DNA from: Chiloscyllium plagiosum
Lineage: Eukaryota
NCBI RefSeq assembly: GCF_004010195.1
Contig: NC_057718.1
Location: forward strand, 68,434,401 to 68,498,400
Direction of reading: 5' to 3'
DNA: 64,000 nucleotides
Made by a program: the position numbers and the translations under genes
Shown: positions 25,394 to 39,357 of the stretch, piece after piece
How positions within the stretch are numbered: the stretch's first letter is position 1
Layout of the letters: every line of letters starts with the position of its first letter
Notes under the pieces: model-generated
The model's input: only the letters and a program-made list of their open reading frames with translations
Database searches by the model: none
Told to the model about the DNA's origin: nothing

Positions 25394-27909
25394 TTCATGT
25401 CCAACTGAACCTGCATGTTAACATTGAGAATTCTCAACTAGGAATCCTAAGTCCCTCAGAAGTCTGAAGCCTTTCTGTTCTGAAAGTAGTTTGCATCTCT
25501 TCTTCCTACTAAAGTGCATAACCTCTCACTTCTCCACATTTGTATTCCATCTGAACATTATATTCCATCTGCCACTTTGCCTACTCTTCTAGCTTGTCCA
25601 AGTCCTTCTGCTTCCTCAACACTACTTGACCTTCACTTACCTTTGTGTCATCTGCAAACTTAGCGACAATGCCCTTAGTCCCTTCATCCTGATTATTAAT
25701 GTATAACATGAGTAGTTGTGGTCTCAACATGGACTCCTGTGGAACTCTATCCATGCCTGTCACATGCTCGTACAAACCATAATTGTGTACTGTGTTCTGC
25801 AGCAGTTAGATTATGATCAGCTTTTTTCACATAAGATTTGATAATAGCCATTTAAGAAATCTTTGTCCACAATTACCTTAGATTTGTTGTCAACTTTGAG
25901 AAGCTTTTATTAATATTGTTGCAAAATAATTAGCAACATCTTTCTCCTTTTGATTGTCCTTATTTTCTATTTATGATCTTTTGTTGGAAAACTATTCACC
26001 ATCAATGTCTCATTTTAAAAGTTAGTTGCATGAGAAACTTTTTTCTGTAATATCTCTAAATTTCATTTAAATTTCCACTGTGCCTCTCCTGGCATCACCC
26101 AGTGAGACTCATCCTAAGCTTCCAGAATTTTGGTATCACCATTGAGACGTGGGCATTGATGAGGCTTACTGGGGAATCTGAGCGTTCCACACTGGAGACA
26201 CCCCAGTTAACTCAGGGCTGTACTGAAGATCACCCAGCTGGTTGAGCCAATAGAAGGATGGGCAAATCCCTCCAGAATTAGATACCGCCATAATTATGCC
26301 CTTCATCGGCATAGCTCTGTCAATGGGCATGGAATCTCTGGCTCCAGTCAGCGACAGGGAGGCCAGCTGCAATGAGTTCAGTTTCTGCACACACTGGGTT
26401 GCCAATTTGCCAGTGGAAAAATGCAGTGCTGTTGCAGATGGTCCTTTGTTTCCTTGGAATCACACATGAACACAACATATCTATACTATGAGAGCAGAGT
26501 ACCGATTGTTTGGCAAGAGGACTCTGGTAGAGGTATTCCCATTGGAAAATGTGTCAGTTAATAATGACTGACCATTAACAGCCAGACGTTGTTTAAGTTC
26601 TAAACCGTTCAGGGTGACTCCCATTGGTCAAGATATTTCCTTGAACAATGAAACAAAGAATGGCTGACAACTATTTTGTTAAGTTGAAACAAATGCAGTC
26701 TATGCGCATGGAGTTTGAATGGAAATCCCATTTATCACCCAAATGAGACATCATCAAGAGGAGAGGGAGGAATGAGATTAGATTTGGAAGCAAGGCTTTG
26801 GGATTTGAACAAGGGAGCAGTCACCAACTTTGGGACAGCATTGAAAGGGAGCGTGGGAAGAATTGTTGGAAGTTGAGAGATAAATGAGACTCTGAGGTGG
26901 GGCACATGGGAGGACCATCAGCCATAATGGAATACCATTGAAATGGAAGGAGGCATCTTAGATAAGAATGGTGCAGGGCAGGCCCAATTTAGAGGTGACC
27001 CACAAGACCCCTTTACTTCAACTTACGCTCCTTTTGGACCTCGATAGATACTGTAGAACAGTCCCAATAGCTGATGTAAATTGAGAAATAAAGAAGGGCC
27101 TATAGAATCTGACGCATCTTAATTTTGGGGAAAAAAAATCATTTGATCCTTTTTTCTAATCAACTTGTTCAGAGGTGTTATTACAGACTTCTAGAGCAGG
27201 TGGGACTTGAACGTGGGTCTCTTGGTTCAGGGGTAGGGACATTACCTCTGCTCCACAAGAGGTCTCCTTGGTGCATCTTAATTGGCCACTGCTGAATGTT
27301 GTTCAGAAGCCACCATTAGCCAGTTATCATATAAATTGGGATGGTCTGTGTGTCTGACTGCTTTGGACACTGAACATCTTGATTTACAGGCTATTTGGCA
27401 AATGTTCCTGGGTCCCCTTCAAGGCATGGGCCCTTTTGATCAATACCATATGCACCAGCTCCTCCTGAACCCTTCCTCCGGGATCAAGCCCAAGTGGAAC
27501 AGATGACACTCGATCATTTTAAACACTCCCTGCCTTTTTAGTATCTTTTCTCCATCTTTTAATTATTTCCAATATTTCACGTGCTTAATTTGTCACAGCT
27601 TTAGAAAAATCCTATTCCGAACAAAGCACCGATGTAAAGCACTGATTTAGTATGTTGGGCATGTATTATTAATATGTCTTTACTTTTGTTAATATGCTTT
27701 TACTCTTTGGTTTCTAAATTCCGTATATTCGCTCTGCTACTTCCTCTTCCTTCTCTTGACTTCTTCCTTTCACCTGATTCTTCCTTGCATTATCTAACTG
27801 AGACCTATTATCGATGAACACTGACTTTGAAACAAAAACAGAAATTCCTGGAAAATCTCAGCAGCTCTGGCAACACCCGCGGAGAGAAATCAGAGTTAAC
27901 GTTTTGGAT

Positions 27910-30205
27910 GATAAGATCATAAGATATAGGAGCAGAAATAGGCTATTCAGCCCATCGAGTCTGCTCCACCATTGAATCATAGCTGATAAGTTTCTCAACC
28001 TTATTCTCCCGTTTTTTTCCCCATAACCCTCGATCCCCTTGATACTCAAGAACCTATCTATCTCAATCTTAAATATACTCAATGACCTGGCCTCCATATC
28101 CTTCAGTGGCAATGAATTCCATAGATTCACCACTCTCTGGCTGAAGAAGTTTCTCCTTCTCTCCATTCTAAAAGGTCTTCCCTTTACTCTAAGGCTGTGC
28201 CCTTGGGTTCTAGTCTCTTCTACAAATGACAACTTCTTCCCACCATCTACTCTGTCCAGGCCATTCAATATTCTGTATGTTTCAATTAGATTCCCCTCTT
28301 ATCCTTCTAAACTCAGAGTATAGACCCACAGTCCTCAAATGTTCCTTAAAAGTTAAGCTTTTCATTCCTGGGACAATTTTCATGAATCTCCGGGACCATG
28401 TCGGAGGTATGCGGCCCAAAACTGTGCACAATACTCCAAATGTGACCAGACCACAACCTCAGAAGTGCATCCATGCTTTTATATTCAAGTCCTCTCAAAA
28501 TAAATACCATCATTGCATTTGCCTTCCTAACTACTGACTCAACCTCAAGTTTACCTTGAGAGAATCCTGAACTAGAACTCCTAAATCTCTTTGCACTTCG
28601 AACTTCTGAACTTTCTCCCCATTTAGAAAATAGTCCATGCCTCTTTTTACCAAAGTGCATGACCTCACACTTTCCCACCTTATACTCAATCTGCCACTTC
28701 TTTGCCCACTCTCCTTCTGCAGCCTCAATGCTAGCTGTCCCTGTGCCTATCTTTGTATCGTCTGCAAAATTAGCCAAATGCCCTTAGTTCCTTCATCTAG
28801 ATCATTAATGTATAAAGTGAAAAGTTGTCCCAACACTTGATCCTTGTGGAACACCACTTGTCACTGGCTACCATCCTGAGAAGGGCCCTTTTATCCCCAC
28901 TCTCTGCTTGCTACCAGACAGCCAAACTTCTATCCATGCTAGCACCTTGCCTCTGACACCATGAACCCTTCTCTTACCCTGCAGCCTCCTGTGCGGCATC
29001 TTGTCAAAGGTCTTCTTGAATTCCAGGTAGATAACATCCATTGGCTCTCCTTGGTCTAACCTGCTCGTTACTTCCTCAAAGTATTCTAGCAGATTCGTTA
29101 GGCATGACCTCCCTTTGATGAAGCTACGCTGACTTTGCCCTATTTTAACCATACACTTCGAAGTATTCAGAAATCTCATCCTTCACAATGGATTCCAGGA
29201 TCTGACCCATGACCAAGGTTAGGTCAATCAATCTGTAATCATCCCTCTTTTGCCTTATTCCCTTTTTAAACAGGGGAGTTAACATTCTTTCAGTCCTTTG
29301 GAGTTCTCCCTGATACTAGTGATTCCTGGAAGATCACTACTAATGCATCCATCTCTTAGCTATCTCCCTTAGAACTTCTGGGGTATAGTTCATCTGGTCC
29401 AGCTGATTTATCCACCTTCAAGCCATTCAGTTTTAATAGCACCTTCTCCTTGATGATTGCCACCATACTTACCTCACTGTCTTGAATTATTGGGATATTA
29501 CACTTGTCTTCCAAAGTAAAGACTAGCCAAAGTAATTATTCAATTCCTCAGCCATTTCCTTGATCCTCACTACTAACTCTCTAGCGACATTTTCCAGCAG
29601 CCCAATGTCCACTTTTGCCTGTTTTTTACCCTTTGTATATCTAAAGAAATCCGTACAATCTTCCTTTACATTAATGGCTGTCTTACCCTCATATTTAATC
29701 TTCTCCCTCCTTATGTCTTTTTTTGTTTCCCTCCAGTGCTGTTTGTAAGCTTCCCAATCTCCTGGTTTCCCACTGCCAATCGCCACATTATCTACTTTCT
29801 CGTTTGCTTTTATGCTATCCCTGACTTCCCGAGTTAGCTATGGTTGCCTCATCCTCCTTGGACCTTTTCTTTTTCCTTGGGATAAATCTCTGCTGTATCT
29901 CCTGAATTACTTCCAGACACACTTGCCATTGCTGTTCCACTATCCTTCGTATTAGGCTTCTCTCCCAGTAAATTCTCCCAAGCACCTCCCTCATGCTTCT
30001 TTAGTTACCTTTCTTCAGTTGTAATGCTGTTACCTCTGATCCTGTCTTCTCCCTCTCAAATTGCAGAGTAAATTCAATCATATTATGATCTCTTCCCTCC
30101 TCCGGGTTCCTTAAATTAAGCTCCCTTATCAAGTCTATCCCATTGCACAACACCAAATCCAGTATTGCCTCTTCACTAGTGGGTCCACTACAAGCTGCCT
30201 CCAAT
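27910..30205 (-). mobile_element. CR1 LINE ORF2 inserted into an older pLTR
   Basis: ORFs ILDLVLCN (APE), SCLTNLLEYFEEVT, ANFADDTKIG and RRNFFSQRVVNLWNSLP. ataagatc tail. pLTR halves at 27830-27907 and 30206-30230. Confidence 0.9.
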
Positions 30206-30291
30206 GATCCAGTGACCCTTCTCCAGAACATACAGTTCTGGCTATGGTTGCCTTTCTTTATCCCCATTGGGAATTGCCGAAGCAGTGCTTA

Positions 30292-30583
30292 GGCGGCATG
30301 GTGGTTCAGTGTCCCAGGTTCGATTCCAGCCTTGGGCGACTGTCTGTGTGGAGTTTGCACATTCTCCCCGTGTCTGCGTGGGTTTTCTCCAGGTGCTCCG
30401 GTTTCCTCCCACAGTCCAAAGATGTGTAGGTTAGGTGAATTGACCAAGCTAAATTGCCCATAGTGTTAGGTGCATTAGTCAGAGGGGAATGGGTCTGGGT
30501 GGGTTACTCTTCGGAGGGTCGGTGTGGACTTGGTGGGCCGAAGGGCCTGTTTCCACACAGTAGAGAATTTAATCTAATCTAAT
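30292..30583 (+). mobile_element. HE1 V-SINE (second subfamily, head partly deleted)
   Basis: V-domain and tail; ggtgcattagtcagagg segment shared with the 38640 copy. Confidence 0.9.
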
Positions 30584-31627
30584 CCGTCACCATTTCAAAA
30601 TTCTCCCATTTCTGCCTCCTTGATTACATTTCTACCTGCCAATACTTAAAGCTACCTGAGCAGATCTTCACTGAAAAAAACATTCTCCAGTTAAGTGTTA
30701 TTCCCACCTGTCCCCAATAACATCTTCAATAATCCATTATGAATCAAGTATCTATCTAATTTTTCCTTAAATTACCCCTCTCTCCACCTCTCTCTAAAGA
30801 AAATGGTTCTAAACACTCAAGACTCTGAGAGGAAAAAAAACCTCATCTCTGCCTTAAATGGGTGACCCATTACTTTAAAATTATGTCCCCTAATTCTTGT
30901 CTCTCCTAAAAGGGGAAATATCTTTTCCATGTCCAATCTGTTGAGTTTCAATAAGAATATCTCTCAACCAAACTCCAATGATACATTTTTTCTAATACTT
31001 TTGTGTCCTTTCATGCATAAGATGACCAAATTGTATACTGGACTTCAGATGAAGAGGCATAATATCCTCTATAACTGTAGCAAAGCATTCCATTCTCATT
31101 GCAATATATGACAACATTAGCAAGTAACTTTGTGTTTCATGTAGTGAGACATTCGGATCCCTGTATAACCGCAAGTTCTGTAATTTGTCTTCATTCAAAT
31201 AAAATGCTGTTTTTGTACGCATTCTGCCAAAGTGAGCAAGTTTATATTTCGCACATTATAATTTATTAATTTTTGCCAAGTTTTTGCCTACTCGCTTACC
31301 ATATCCGTACTATATCATCGTTATGTCCTCTTCAGTACTTGCTTTCCTGTCAACAAAGTTATCAACTTATACGTTCATCCAGATTCACTATTGAAGCTAT
31401 TCTGTTACCTACTATGTAATAAGCTCTTACTTTCTGCAATATTATTTCCTTGCTTTTTGGCAACCAGAAACTCCATATTGTGGCATTCTGCGATCAGAAT
31501 CAGCGCAGCAAGTAATTAGGAAAACAAATGTAATATTTGCTTTTCTTGCAAACGTGATGAAAAACAAAGAGTGAGGTCTTGCTACAACTGTACATCGAGT
31601 TGGTGAGACTGCATCTAGAATATGGTA

Positions 31628-31712
31628 AAGAGTGTGTTGATGGAAAAGCACAGCAGGTCTGGCAGCATCCGAGGAGCAAGAGAGTCGACATTTCAGGCAA
31701 AAGCCCTTCAGC
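31628..31712 (-). mobile_element. Penelope-like pLTR fragment inside an old CR1
   Basis: ggaaaagcacagcaggtctggcagcatcc...gtcgacatttcaggcaaaagcccttca. Confidence 0.75.
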
Positions 31713-33525
31713 CATATATTTTTGCTTTCCTCATTTAAAAATTTATATGCCTGGGTTGAAGTTGATTCAAAGAATGTTCACAAAACTGCTGCTATGTAGC
31801 GTTGTCTTTTGAGGGAAGGTTGAACAGCATGGACCTATAATCATTGCTGTTTAGAAGAACAATAAATGATTTTATTGAAATGTAGTGTTCTAGGAATATT
31901 GAGAGAGTAGATTCTGAGGATTTTTCCCCTCATGGTGGTGAAGGACCATAAGATGTAACCTAGGTAAGCCATTCAGCTCATTGAGCCAGCTGATTTGATG
32001 GTCCTCGACTTTACGTTTCCTGCCCATCCCTGTAATCGTGAACCCTTACTGGTTAACAATCTGTCCACCTCAATTGAGCTTATACTTAATGGCCCATCCT
32101 TGTTAGCCTGTGTGGTAAAAGGTTCCACATTTTTAATACCCTCTGAGAAGAAGTTTTACCTCATCTCTGTCTTGCTCTGAGATTATACGTTCTGTTTCTA
32201 GACTCTCCCACAAGATGAAACATCTGTGTCTACCCTGTCAAGGCCCCTAAGAGTCCTTTTTGTTTCAGTCAGGCTTCATCTCTTTCTTCTGAATTTCACT
32301 GAGCATAAGCCCAGCCTATTCAATATATCCTCATAAGGAAATTCCTTTATACCCAGGAGCAACCTAGCAAATCTTCTGTGGACTTGCTGTAATGCCAGAA
32401 TAGGTAGTTCTTCAATAACCAGACAGTTGCGTTCTTGTCCAACCCTGGATTATCAAAAGAAGCAGCACTTAAAAGTGTTGACGATGTAATTGCGTTACAG
32501 CCAACACATGTTTTAAAAGTTTGTGTTTTACAAACACAGTCCCCAATTTGTCGATCGCCACACAGAGAATTCAGGTTAACAAAATGCACGTTATAGCAGA
32601 ATGACCTGTATATATTTCCTTAGAGGACCAAAACTGTTCACAGTATTTCAGTGTGGTCTGATTACTACCTTGGAAAGTTTAAACAAGACCCTTTTTTTTT
32701 AATATTTGATATAAGGACGAATATTCCATTTGCTTTTCCTCTTTTCTGCTGAACTCAGATGCTAGCTTTTTACGATTTATGCATGAACATCCCCAAATCC
32801 TTCCATTCTGCAGTTTTCTGCAGCCTTTCCCCATTTAACTAATATTCAGCTCTTCTATTTTTCCTTCCGCAGTGCATAATCTCTCATTTTCCTACATTCA
32901 CTTAACTGATCCATATCCTTCTGTAAAGTCTGTCATCCTCCCTACATAACTTCCCACCTATCAGTGTCTTCTACAAAATTGGCAATACTGCACTTACATC
33001 TGTTATCCAAGTAATTAATATATTATAGATAATTGTGTCTGCAGTATTGATCCATGTTCTGAGGAAGGGTCACTGAACCCAAAACGTTAACTCTTCTTTC
33101 TCTCCACCTACTGAATTTTTCTAGCAATTTCTTTTTTGTGTCACTGATCCCTGTGGTACTCCACTAGTTTCAGGTTGCCAATCTGAAAATACCTCCTTTC
33201 TCTGTCTTCTATTAGTTAACCTTCAAGAAGTAGTGGGGAGTGTGGTGAGGGATATAGAACGAGACAGCATAGTTTCAGTATGAGGGGTATCTCAGTTTAA
33301 AATGGAGATGACGTATTTCTTCTTTCAGAAGGCTGTTTGTCTTTGGAATTCATCAAAGACCAGGGAGCAGTGAAGGCTGATTAATTGACTATTCAAGGCT
33401 GAGATTATACAGTTTTGAATGTAAGGAAATCTAGGGTTATGGGGAACGGACAGGAAGCACAGATAAACTCAAAATCAGATTATTAATGATCTTTTTGAAT
33501 GGCAGAGTAAGTTTGTGTTAACCCT

Positions 33526-33961
33526 ATTCCTGATGAAGGGCTTATGCCAGAAATGTCGATTCTCCTGCTCGGATTTTGTCTGACCGGCTGTGCTTTCCAG
33601 CATCACACTCTCGACTCTGGACTCTGGGCGGCACAGTGGTTAGCACTGCAGCCTCACAGCGCCAGAGACCCGGGTTCAATTCTTGCCTCAGGTGACTGAC
33701 TCTGTGGAGTTTGCACATTCTCCCCGTGTCTGCGTGGGTTTCCTCCGGGTGCTCCGGTTTCCTCCCACAATCCAAAGATGTGCAGGTCAGGTGAATTGGC
33801 CATGCTAAATTGCCCGTAGTGTTAGGTAATGGGTAAATATAGGGGTGTGGGTGGGTTGCGCTTCGGCGGGTTGGTGTGGACTTGTTGGGCCGAAGGGCCT
33901 GTTTCCACACTGTAATGTAATGTAATGTAATCTAATCTAATCTACAGTCTTCACTTTCTCC
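33526..33961 (+). mobile_element. Penelope-like pLTR with a nested HE1 SINE
   Basis: Starts attcctgatgaagggcttatgcc and ends cagtcttcactttctcc. Exact 11-bp TSD ttaaccctatt at 33518-33528 and 33962-33972. Confidence 0.88.
33626..33943 (+). mobile_element. HE1 V-SINE
   Basis: Head, V-domain and TGTAA/TCTAA tail. Confidence 0.92.
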
Positions 33962-34324
33962 TTAACCCTATTTCTTATGTTCTTATGTCACTAAAATTGA
34001 ATGCATTGGTATTTGAAAAGACTGTTGCAGACTTGTTTTATAGTGAACTACCAAAGCTTGACTGCAAATTGATACTGGATGAAACATTCAACTTTAATGG
34101 CTCATTTTTTGATTTTAGTTTGTTTTGTAATTCACCATCTCTGTCTGTTTAAAAAGCAGGGATAGCGACTTGACTTGTAATAGTTTCACAATAAAATATC
34201 AGTATCTATTTGACTATATTTGTGAAGAAGGTGTATCATAAAATCTTAAATTATTAAACATAACCCAAATTGTTTCAGTAAAATAATTGTGATTATTTAT
34301 ATTTTCAAATTTCCTTTTTTTCAG

Positions 34325-34486
34325 ATATCGCTAATGGTTCAGGTTCAGGAGGAGGTTATCGACCTCCCCCCAGAACAAAAGAGGTGATAATTAATGGACA
34401 AACGGTCAAGTTAAAATACTGTTTTACCTGTAAAATCTTCCGGCCACCACGTGCCTCCCACTGTAGCCTTTGTGATAATTGTGTAG
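34325..34486 (+). CDS. ZDHHC14: Palmitoyltransferase ZDHHC14 internal coding exon (N-terminal half of the DHHC-CRD), 162 bp, phase 1-1
   Basis: Polypyrimidine tract plus tcag acceptor and GTAAGT donor. Translates as (D)[53 protein letters not shown](E), matching vertebrate ZDHHC14 as recalled. Absent from the ORF track because it has no ATG. Confidence 0.95.
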
Positions 34487-35765
34487 GTAAGTGATTTTCT
34501 TGGGAGGTGTTTTAAAAAAATGTTATGATAAGACAAAAAGAAATGCTAATAATATGAGCTTTGAATCTCCAGTTGCACTACAGTGTTGTAACGAAAACAA
34601 AAATGTAGTTTCTTTGTATAGATGATTAGAATTTGATGAGCTGTATAATTGCACAATAATCTTCTAATGTTTGTATTTTTCTCGTAAGTTTAATTAAAGC
34701 CTATTGTTCTTTACTATTTTATGGTATATATTGTATAATATTATAAAAAGCTTGAAATATTCAATAGGTTATGCTCTAATTCCAGTTGGAGAAATTGTAC
34801 TGCAGTGTCTTCTGTAGCTTGCAATTAAGCTTTCCAAAGACTTGCTTTCACCCAGTTTTCCTGAGCTTCATTCCATACTTGATCATTTTTTTCATCAGTT
34901 CTACATTAAAGAGAGTTTTCATATGTGATATGTTTTCAATATTTAAGTACCTGGTGCAGTTGGAATTTTACAATGATCACAAAGCAGATAATTGTCTATT
35001 AAAATTGAGCTAATGGAATTATGCATTTTTGAATGTATACAATTTCAAAGTAATACATTGCCTTTTATTTCAAAAAAGCATTTTAAACATTTAGCCATTA
35101 TAATGACATTCTTTTACTGAAGTAGAGATGTGGTTTTAAAAATTCTTGAAAAAAGGATCAAATTATTGGATGTTGGCCACCTTCTCTGTGTAATTTATTA
35201 TTTGATTATCAATTGAATTCTGTCATGAATATCATTTTATATTTTGTTTTGTTGATTCAATGTTTTTATCGATATAATGTCCATGCCAATAAATTATTTC
35301 TTATGCTGTAATATAACAGTAACAATTATGTAATGTATTCACAATGTGTTCAGTGTGGTCTTGTTGCTATGGAGTTGGAAAGTGGAAAATTAGTGCAGTT
35401 TCTGATGGTTATCTATATAGAGCGTGTGGGAGTTGAGAGATTGTTAGACTATAAAAAGCTCTAACATTAGTGGAGTAATTATATGTGTGTTTGTACTATG
35501 CTATGGAGATTTCTTTAAAACTCATAACTAAATTCCATGCATAATGTATTTTCAACATAAAATCTTGCAGTTTGAATGAAAGTGATTAAAACAGTAATCT
35601 ACTGATCAACATGGAGGAATAGACATCCGGATTTAAGAGTTTTGAAGCTGGTATAGGTATTTCTGGTATAGCGTGCATTTTAGCAGCGTGATTTGGCTAT
35701 CATGTCGCTGAAGAATTAAGGAACAGTATTTGCCAATGGCGAGATTCTAGCAGAGATCAGTTCTC

Positions 35766-35960
35766 ATGCTTTGTTCTGTGCATGCTCCAATGTCCATGCC
35801 AAACTTTCTGTGCCATTCTGTGCATGCGCGATATCAGCGCCAGTCTTCGTGCTGTTCTGCACATGCACGATATCTGTGCCAAAGTCTCTACGCTGTTCTG
35901 CGCATGTACGATGTCAGCACTGGTCTTTGTGCTGTACTGCACACGCGCCAATGTCAGCTG
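35766..35960. repeat. Degenerate tandem repeat, five units of about 40 bp with a TGCGCATGCGC-like core
   Basis: Cores tgtgcatgctc, tgtgcatgcgc, tgcacatgcac, tgcgcatgtac and tgcacacgcgc, each preceded by gctgttc-like sequence. Confidence 0.8.
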
Positions 35961-37199
35961 CCCACAGGGAGCTTTCTGTGAGAAGTACTGTAGAGAGAGT
36001 AGCTTTCTTACATTTTTTTAAATGTACTGTGTTCAAGTTACTTTTGTTTCATTAATAAATATGATTTCAACCTTCATTCAGGCTGTGCTATACTTTGTGT
36101 TAGACAGTTAGGGATTTTTGAGCGATCGTGAGTGATATTTTTTGTGGGTCTGCCCTCACTCCTCTTTTCCCAGAGGTCCCATTATTTATATTAAGCAATT
36201 TTTTGCTGGAACACAACTACAAAGTTACAGGAAAACTACCTGGATTGTATGTTTACTTAGACTAGCCAATAGTGTTAAGTGTTACATATTTGACTGTGTC
36301 GGATATGATTCTTTCTCTAAACTGAAAATCCATGATTATTTTTAAAAATAGTGCACCAAAAATGCCATATATTGTGGAGAATACCTTATTGCTAGAAAAT
36401 GGGAGAGAAGTGAATTGAGATAATGGAAAAGCAGCCTTACAGGAATGAACTACTGACTTAGGAATCTGTAGTCGATACCCTGATCTTTCTCAGACTGAAC
36501 AAAATAGATGTTTTTACAGGAAGTAAACTATTTTCAACAATGAAGATTGTTAATAAAACATTGTAAAGGCTTACAGGCAGGATTGTGTGTATGTTTTGAA
36601 ATTCCATTACATGCAAGTTAGTGGCATAGTGGACAATTGTGATGTTTTAAAAATCACAAAAATACTGCAGTGACATTGCAGTATTGTTTGAATTCATAAT
36701 TTATTGTATTCTTCAGTGCTTACAACATTTATTCTTGGAAATAACACCTTTTATTTAAATGCATATATTGTTGAGAGTGCTTAATTTTAAAATCAGATGT
36801 GATGACCACCACATAACAGCCTTATTTGAGCATTAATGTTCAATTCTCTGATCTCTTGGATATCCTCCCTAGAAAGAATAACTTTGAATAGGTCTGTATT
36901 GAATTCTGAAAATATTGATGATATGATCCCATGGCTTTTAACTAGTTGATCCAAAAGAATGTGGGCATACTTCAGACATATCATGAATGCTTTAACAGGA
37001 AGTTAATCTTTTAATCAATAATACACCAGCTAGACAGATACCATCAAAAGATTCCAATGAGAAATTGAAGAAGGAACTTTTGCAGCAGAATTTACATAAT
37101 TAGAATACTTTACTAACTGACATTCTTTCAGTTCATTTTAAATCCGGAAAGTGTAGCAGTTCTCAGCAGTTCGTATCACGGCATATGGTGGAACTACAG

Positions 37200-37740
37200 A
37201 AAACGTTGGTTAGGCTACATGTAGAATTTTGTATTCAGTTCATTGTAAGAGCAATATGATAGCACTGGAGAGGGCGCAGAGGAAATTTACCAGGATGTTA
37301 CCTGAACTGGAGAGTTTGTTATGAAGAGATGGATTGAGGTTGTTCTCTTTGGAGCAGAGAAGATTGAGAGGAGACTTGATTGAGCCATATAAAATTATAA
37401 GGAGCATAGACAAGGTAGACAGGAGGAAACTTTTCCCTTTTTGATGGAGAAGTCAATGAGCTATGAGGCATGGATTGAAGGTAAAGGGCAAAAGATTTAG
37501 GAGAGATGCGAGGAAAAACTTTTTCACCCAGAGGGTATTGGGAATCTGGAACTCGCTGCATATGAGAGTGTTAAGCAGAAACCCTCATAACATTGAAGAA
37601 GTATTGAGATGTGAATTTGCGATGCCAAGTCATACACTACTGTAGGCCAACTGCTCGAAAATGGGAATAGAATAAGTAGGTTTTTGACTGGCGTAACTCC
37701 GATGGATTGAAGGGCTTTTTCTGTATTGTGGATATCTGTG
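37200..37740 (+). mobile_element. CR1 3'-end fragment
   Basis: ORF RHGLKVKGKRFRRDARKNFFTQRVLGIWNSL. Confidence 0.82.
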
Positions 37741-38639
37741 ATTTGAGTCTTTTTTTTTATTAAGTCAAGCCAACTCAAGCATTTTCCATTTTTCTTTAAC
37801 TATATGACAGTGCAGTGAAAAGGGCCAGGTAGAGACTATTTTTTAAAACTTATATTCAGCTTCTGTTCACAAAGCTGTAATGCAAGAATAGATTTAAGAA
37901 TTCAGAGAATTTAGAAAAATTCCAAAGGCAATCACATCCTCTCCATCATTCCCCATCTTTTCAGGACATGGTGAAGGACAGTAATGTAATGGTCTCAAAT
38001 AAGCATAAACAATTGATTGTACAGTGATAAATGTTAACCATGTTTCTACTGTTGATTAAACAATCTGCATCTACCTTTCTTGTTGTATTGGCATAAGGTT
38101 TTAGTTTTGATCATGCAAGATGAAGAAGGAAACATTGTACTTTTTACATTATATTACAATCTGTAAAATATCACAAACCAGTATTTGTTTCAAAACCAGA
38201 TGCATTTGCAATTGGTTGACTGTCTGGAAACATTCCTTATTAATTTCATCACTCTGGAACCAGTGAGCAGTATACTTTGTCACCATTCATTCCTTTTCTA
38301 ACCTTACACAGCCTCTGTAGAATCCTGCACAAAAGAGCTGATCATCCTGTGCATTGCTTTTGCGCTGCATAACAAAGGCTGTAGGTAGTACTTGACTCAT
38401 TTTGCGCTATGTTTCTCCTTCAGCCAGACCTATCCAGGAACAATAACTGGGTAATATCCATAGGTTTTACCACCTACTATCCCCACTAATTTGACGACTA
38501 TTTAGCTAAAGCAGTCAGTTTATCATTTGTGCCGAGACTCAAAATTGCATCTGCATAGACAAGATGCACAAAAATTGCCTAATTGACATCATAAAACTAT
38601 TGTCATAGTCTTAGACATCCCTCATTGATCAATTAGTAC

Positions 38640-38953
38640 GGGCGGCACGGTGGCTCAGCGGTTAGCACTGTTGCCTCACAGCAGCCAGGGTTCCAGGTTC
38701 AATTCCAGTCTTGGGCAGTTGTCTGTGTAGAGTTTGCACATTCTCCCCGTGTCTGCGTGGGTTTCCTCCGGGTGCTCCGGTTTCCTCCCACAGTCCAAAG
38801 ATGAGCAGGTCAGGTGAATTGGCCATGCTAAATTGCCCGTAGTGTTAGGTGCATCAGTCAGAGGGAAATGGGTCTGGTTGGGTTACTCTTCGGAGGGTCA
38901 GTGTGGACTGGTTGGGCCAAACGGCCTGTTTCTACACTGTAGGCAATCTAATC
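38640..38953 (+). mobile_element. HE1 V-SINE (second subfamily)
   Basis: A box TGGCTCAGCGG, B box GGTTCAATTCC, V-domain and tail. Confidence 0.9.
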
Positions 38954-39357
38954 ATAATTTTTTTTACAAGTTCCTTAGATGAAACAAAACCTGAAAGTTT
39001 GACCTAAGCTGTAAGTCCTCTCATTCTGGTTCTCTGATTCTCTGAATATGCTAAACATGTCCTAGACCCAACTGTATTTAAATTACATGAGCATTTCTTG
39101 ATAGAGTATACCAAATGTTAATGAAAGTAAAATGTTGTGGATGCTGGAAATCTGAAACAAACACAGAAACTCAACAGAACTGATAGCTTCTGTGCAGAGA
39201 GAAATAGATTTAATGTTTCAAGTCCATTGTGACTTTTCAGAATTGGTAGATACTTTCTTCAACTTCAATCCAGCTTCTTTTTAGAGAGTTCTCAACCAAA
39301 ATAGACAGTAAGAATTCAGCAGAGTAAACTATTAGAAAAGTTCTAATGGCAGTTATG

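Noticed and set aside
1..34324. Additional ZDHHC14 exons upstream, or downstream of 57270
   Set aside because: I found no sequence encoding the expected neighbouring peptides (SDPG..PRA upstream, GFLNALKDSP downstream). A very short or diverged exon could have been missed by eye.
35766..35960. CRISPR-like array or Cys/His-rich protein
   Set aside because: Eukaryotic context, no unique spacers, degenerate tandem units, and no splice or homology support for the ORFs.
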